In this document: positions 17,192 to 20,000 of the stretch, one piece after another
How positions within the stretch are numbered: the first letter of the stretch is position 1
Layout of the letters: each line of letters opens with the position of its first letter
Virus record (IMG/VR): IMGVR_UViG_3300021963_006795
Length of the DNA stretch: 20,000 bases
DNA from: an uncultured virus (IMG/VR IMGVR_UViG_3300021963_006795)
Taxonomy: Duplodnaviria; Heunggongvirae; Uroviricota; Caudoviricetes
Reading direction: 5' to 3' (one strand)
The notes under the pieces: generated by a model
What the model saw: the letters and a program-made list of their open reading frames with translations, nothing else
Told to the model about the DNA's origin: nothing
Databases searched by the model: none
Program-made: the position numbers and the translations under genes

Positions 17192-17884
17192 TTAACGAAG
17201 TTTAGGTCCTAACATCCAAGATACCAGGGATATTCTTTTACCACTTTTTATTTTAGTAACTCTATGGGGAACTCTTGAATCAAAGATAATCATTGTTCCT
17301 TTCTTTTGTGGTGGCATAACAACTCTACCGTGATAATCCATTATTTGGAATTTTCCACCTTCATATTCTTCTGGATCACTTAATAAAAGAGATGCACTTA
17401 ACTTTCTGGTATATTTTCTATCTGTGGTTGTTCCATAGTCAGAGTGCCATGTATAATGACCTTTTTGATCATATGTAGTAACTTGAATTCCATTCAAATA
17501 GTTTAAATCATATTCCCACAATTCTCTATTTGCAATATTAAAATAATGAGAGAATATTGATGAAATCCAATGCTGTTCATACCACCATGATACTCTAGAA
17601 TCTCTAAGTTTTACTATTGTTTGTCCTTCCATTGCATTAGGACCAACTTCAGAATCTTGAAATTGATCTTTTGGAATATTATCATATTCTTTAATAATAA
17701 GATCTACAAGATCACTTGGAATTGCTTGTTCAAAAAATGCAACTGGACTATTTACAATTAAATGCTCTTCTGCTCTTGGTGGAGGAGGAAGTTCTTGACC
17801 CATTTTATTAAATGCATCCAAAATAATTTCTCTTGGATCAATAATTTGTTCATCCTCATTTAGTAGTAAAACTTCTCTTGCCAT
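17192..17884 (-). CDS. 2OG-Fe(II) oxygenase (PKHD/prolyl-4-hydroxylase-like)
   Basis: Q.T.Y...GHYTWHSD, RKLS, YEGG, IFDSRVPHRVT, GKRISLVSW..GP. Confidence 0.9.
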   Translation of the reverse strand: MAREVLLLNEDEQIIDPREIILDAFNKMGQELPPPPRAEEHLIVNSPVAFFEQAIPSDLVDLIIKEYDNIPKDQFQDSEVGPNAMEGQTIVKLRDSRVSWWYEQHWISSIFSHYFNIANRELWEYDLNYLNGIQVTTYDQKGHYTWHSDYGTTTDRKYTRKLSASLLLSDPEEYEGGKFQIMDYHGRVVMPPQKKGTMIIFDSRVPHRVTKIKSGKRISLVSWMLGPKLR

Positions 17885-17903
17885 ATTAATTTAGTTAAAC
17901 GAA

Positions 17904-17977
17904 TCGGAGTGATAGGATTTGAACCTACGGCATCCCGCTCCCAAAGCGGGTGCTCTACCAAACTGAGCTACACTCCG
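17904..17977 (-). tRNA. trnP: tRNA-Pro(UGG)
   Basis: CGGAGTG/CACTCCG-A acceptor stem, CCCGC-TTTGGGA-GCGGG anticodon arm, GGTTCAAATCC. Confidence 0.95.
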
Positions 17978-17991
17978 TTTGGTTGTATTTA

Positions 17992-18020
17992 AATATATCA
18001 TATAATTATTTTTTTGTCAA
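17992..18020 (-). promoter_or_regulatory. sigma70-type promoter upstream of tRNA-Pro
   Basis: TTGACA (18020-18015), 17 bp, TATATT. Confidence 0.6.
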
Positions 18021-18166
18021 CTATTCCATCCCAAATATTTTTCTATGGGATCTTTTCTTGTTTTAACAATTTCAACTGCTCTTTTATAAAACATATTATC
18101 AGTATTACCAGATTTTTCAAAGGTCTCTTTAATTTTGACCCAGTTTTCGTAAGTGTGTTGATCCAT
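18017..18166 (-). CDS. 49-aa hypothetical phage protein (not in the ORF track)
   Basis: MDQHTYENWVKIKETFEKSGNTDNMFYKRAVEIVKTRKDPIEKYLGWNS. Same strand as all other genes. Confidence 0.75.
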   Translation of the reverse strand: MDQHTYENWVKIKETFEKSGNTDNMFYKRAVEIVKTRKDPIEKYLGWNS

Positions 18167-18261
18167 CTTAAAATGAAGATAGTACAACTATATACTATTA
18201 AAAGAACTTTCAGTGTCAACAATTGTGTTCATATTGTAACACTGTTTAAGAAATTGTTAAG

Positions 18262-18344
18262 CGGAAAGAACAGGAATCGAACCTGCGAAGGTGTTACCCC
18301 CAGCCGCTTTCAAGGCGGTGTCCTCGACCAACCGGACTCTTTCC
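18262..18344 (-). tRNA. trnS: tRNA-Ser(UGA)
   Basis: GGAAAGA/TCTTTCC-G acceptor stem, CCGC-CTTGAAA-GCGG anticodon arm, long variable arm, GGTTCGATTCC. Confidence 0.85.
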
Positions 18345-18348
18345 AATA

Positions 18349-18606
18349 CTAACGAATTTCAAAGTCTAGTTTACGAACTTTTCTTTGTCTTCTTGCTTCT
18401 TGCCAAGCAATATCTTCTGAAGTTAAAAACTCTTTTCTATTTGTTTCTTTATAAGAGTTTAACATAACAACATTGGATAAATCAACCGCAGTTATTTTGT
18501 TTCCTCTGACAGTTGCCATATTTGGACAACCACAAGAAACTGTTTTATTTTCTATTGCTTGCATTTCTTTATTACAAGACTTACATCTTATCTTAATAGG
18601 TTCCAT
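18349..18606 (-). CDS. Small Cys-rich (zinc-ribbon-like) phage protein
   Basis: CKSC...CGC motif. ATAAATA late-type motif upstream. Confidence 0.8.
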   Translation of the reverse strand: MEPIKIRCKSCNKEMQAIENKTVSCGCPNMATVRGNKITAVDLSNVVMLNSYKETNRKEFLTSEDIAWQEARRQRKVRKLDFEIR

Positions 18607-18645
18607 AATATACTCATAAGAGATATTTTATTTATCACTTTAAAA

Positions 18646-18718
18646 TGGAGAATAGGGGACTTGAACCCCTGACATCCTGCTTGCAAAGCAGGCACTCTAC
18701 CAACTGAGTTAATTCCCC
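18646..18718 (-). tRNA. trnA: tRNA-Ala(UGC)
   Basis: GGGGAAT/ATTCTCC-A acceptor stem with G3:U70, CCTGC-TTTGCAA-GCAGG anticodon arm. Confidence 0.95.
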
Positions 18719-18720
18719 AA

Positions 18721-18792
18721 CTCCACAACCTGGGATCGAACCAGGGACCAGTCGATTAACAGTCGAATGCTCTACCGCTGAGCTATTGTGGA
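18721..18792 (-). tRNA. trnN: tRNA-Asn(GUU)
   Basis: TCCACAA/TTGTGGA-G acceptor stem, CTGTTAA anticodon loop, GGTTCGATCCC. Confidence 0.95.
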
Positions 18793-18797
18793 ATAAA

Positions 18798-19014
18798 GGA
18801 AGTTACTGGACTTACACCAGTTCAAAAGGCATTGTCTGCTTGTCTCGATTCTTTGACTTAACTTCCGTGATGGAGTAAGTGTGATATACCTCATAAGGAT
18901 ATAACAGAGACTTACTCTCTATCTTAGAAAAGGAGATCTCTTGGGCGAACCCGCAGGATCACTTCTCTAAATTTGCTACGGCATTCTGGTTTATCTTTCC
19001 AGTGCAAGTAGCAA
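18798..19014 (-). ncRNA. Multi-hairpin non-coding RNA of about 215 nt between tRNA-Gly and tRNA-Asn
   Basis: Four consecutive stems (TTGCTAC/GTAGCAA, TTAGAGAAG/CTTTTCTAA with a GGG-TTCG-CCC tip, GAGTAAG/CTTACTC, GGAAGTTA/TAACTTCC). No ORF in the track. Confidence 0.65.
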
Positions 19015-19015
19015 G

Positions 19016-19086
19016 AGCGAGCAACGAGGATCGAACTCGTGATTCCAACTTGGAAGGATGGCGTGTTACCGCTACACTATGCTCGC
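19016..19086 (-). tRNA. trnG: tRNA-Gly(UCC)
   Basis: GCGAGCA/TGCTCGC-T acceptor stem, CTTCCAA anticodon loop, GTTCGATCC. Confidence 0.95.
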
Positions 19087-19091
19087 AATAA

Positions 19092-19124
19092 GACAATTAT
19101 AAAGTAATTGAGTATAATTGTCAA
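19092..19124 (-). promoter_or_regulatory. sigma70 promoter embedded in an inverted repeat
   Basis: TTGACA (19124-19119), 17 bp, TATAAT (19101-19096). Inverted repeat GACAATTATA...TATAATTGTC. Confidence 0.75.
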
Positions 19125-19197
19125 CAGGCAAGGTAGGACTCGAACCTACAATCGACATCTTAGAAGGATGCTGCATTATCCATTATGCTACTTGCCC
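19125..19197 (-). tRNA. trnR: tRNA-Arg(UCU)
   Basis: GGGCAAG/CTTGCCT-G acceptor stem, GCATC-CTTCTAA-GATGT anticodon arm, GGTTCGAGTCC. Confidence 0.95.
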
Positions 19198-19204
19198 ATG
19201 GATA

Positions 19205-19241
19205 CTTGACAATCATACCAGATTAGTGGTGAGTTGTCAAG
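19205..19241 (-). promoter_or_regulatory. sigma70 promoter with extended -10, flanked by an inverted repeat
   Basis: TTGACA (19240-19235), 17 bp, TGg-TATGAT (19217-19212). Inverted repeat CTTGACAA...TTGTCAAG. Confidence 0.7.
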
Positions 19242-19291
19242 AGTGGGAGGTGTCTTTCTGTGCTGTCTGCATAGCGACTGCCCCGACCACT
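19242..19291 (-). ncRNA. Candidate small structured RNA of about 50 nt
   Basis: GC-rich segment starting at the predicted +1 of the 19297-19325 promoter. AGUGG/CCACU closing stem, inner GUC-GC-UAU-GC-A-GAC hairpin. Confidence 0.4.
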
Positions 19292-19296
19292 TATTA

Positions 19297-19325
19297 ATAA
19301 TACCAGACCTCTCTTCTCCTGTCAA
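19297..19325 (-). promoter_or_regulatory. sigma70 promoter with extended -10
   Basis: TTGACA (19325-19320), 17 bp, TGg-TATTAT (19302-19297). Confidence 0.7.
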
Positions 19326-19561
19326 CCCCTATCTTCAAACTCTTTCTGAAGATCCTTAGCGAGTTGATCATATTTTCTTTTCATCATAAAGTTTGTTATA
19401 GGATTCTTAGGATGTAATCTAATCATCCAATAAACTCTTTCAAAATTTATTTTAATTAATTTTCCTATAAGGTCAATTAATCTTGGTCCATTTGGATCTA
19501 CAATAATTACATAAGAAATTATTACAAATATTGTTATCCAAATGTAGTAAGAATAAATCAT
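19322..19561 (-). CDS. Hypothetical protein with an N-terminal transmembrane helix
   Basis: ORF track. Perfect late motif TATAAATA at 19573-19580 upstream. Confidence 0.75.
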   Translation of the reverse strand: MIYSYYIWITIFVIISYVIIVDPNGPRLIDLIGKLIKINFERVYWMIRLHPKNPITNFMMKRKYDQLAKDLQKEFEDRG

Positions 19562-19575
19562 CTAAAAAAAGATAT

Positions 19576-19911
19576 TTATAGTCTCAAAGAATTAAATTCT
19601 TCTTCTACTGATTCTTTATCTAAACCTTGTTGACCAAATCCATAATTATTTTCTCTAATAGATTCAACTTTATCTTCTCTTAGTTCTAGAACTGTATTAT
19701 TCCATGCCCTTGAGAATTTTCTGTCATATTCCTGAATATATTGTTCTAGATAATCTGATGCTAATAGAGATAGTTTTTCTACACGATCATTATCTTTTTC
19801 GGAAGAAGCGTCGTAGATAACATCTAGTAACTCCTTAATATAGATTAGTTTTGTAGACTCTTGTTCTAGGTCGTTCATTACTTCCCAAACTTTATCGTAA
19901 TTAATTGCCAT
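19576..19911 (-). CDS. Hypothetical helical protein, 111 aa
   Basis: ORF track. AGGA RBS, overlaps the end of the upstream ORF. Confidence 0.75.
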   Translation of the reverse strand: MAINYDKVWEVMNDLEQESTKLIYIKELLDVIYDASSEKDNDRVEKLSLLASDYLEQYIQEYDRKFSRAWNNTVLELREDKVESIRENNYGFGQQGLDKESVEEEFNSLRL

Positions 19912-20000
19912 AATCCTTTTCCCAATTTTCTTTTTCTTGTTTACGAAGTTTTTTAAGTTCTTTCATCATTTCTTTAATTTCCTGATATGCAGTTTCTGGA
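19901..20000 (-). CDS. 3' end of a hypothetical protein (truncated by the window)
   Basis: ...PETAYQEIKEMMKELKKLRKQEKENWEKDYGN-stop at 19903-19901. Confidence 0.65.
   Translation of the reverse strand, partial: PETAYQEIKEMMKELKKLRKQEKENWEKDYGN

Noticed and set aside
2005..17884. DNA hypermodification cluster (oxygenase plus glycosyltransferases)
   Set aside because: No recognisable TET/JBP, hydroxymethylase or T4 AGT/BGT-like enzyme. The families seen typically act on glycans or proteins. Not formally excluded without nucleoside analysis.
18225..18261. Pho-box or HLR1-like direct repeats (CTTAACAA-N3-CTTAAACA, GTTACAAT) downstream of tRNA-Ser
   Set aside because: Only a partial match in very AT-rich DNA, with no phosphate-related gene downstream.
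1172..18352. All plus-strand ORFs in the track (1172, 4247, 4514, 7450, 8292, 9501, 11522, 11601, 13236, 16138, 18014) and the nested minus-strand ORF 5693..5884
   Set aside because: They are antisense or out-of-frame shadows of well-supported genes or tRNAs, with no recognisable motifs.
19242..19291. Self-cleaving ribozyme
   Set aside because: No hammerhead CUGAUGA core, and no evident twister, pistol or HDV signature.
1..20000. Alternative genetic code or suppressor tRNA
   Set aside because: ORFs are intact under code 11 with all three stops used. The Ser tRNA anticodon UGA reads UCA and is not a suppressor.

Overview
This is an AT-rich window from a T4-like cyanophage (cyanomyovirus) genome, with essentially every gene on the minus strand. 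The assignment rests on hli, petF and peroxiredoxin auxiliary genes, several 2OG-Fe(II) oxygenases, a tRNA cluster lacking encoded CCA, host sigma70 promoters and T4-type late (TAAATA) motifs. In transcription order (right to left) it holds: (1) small hypothetical genes and seven tRNAs (Arg-UCU, Gly-UCC, Asn-GUU, Ala-UGC, Ser-UGA, Pro-UGG and an Ile-UAU with a long variable arm), interleaved with structured non-coding segments; (2) 2OG-Fe(II) oxygenases flanking a POFUT2-like O-fucosyltransferase; (3) a promoter-to-terminator unit of two small ORFs alternating with two pairs of predicted H-type RNA pseudoknots; (4) a tightly coupled glycan operon of about 11.5 kb (gmd, fcl, about eight glycosyltransferases, two methyltransferases, an AsnB-like amidotransferase, a beta-propeller); (5) a photosynthesis/redox cluster (hli, petF, hli, peroxiredoxin) and a structured leader before a truncated gene. 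The most notable observations are the four-unit pseudoknot array interrupted by an ORF, a possible protein hydroxylation and O-fucosylation system, the class II-like tRNA-Ile(UAU), and a tRNA-like domain inside a non-coding RNA of about 215 nt. All family calls come from motif recognition by eye; no searches were run.
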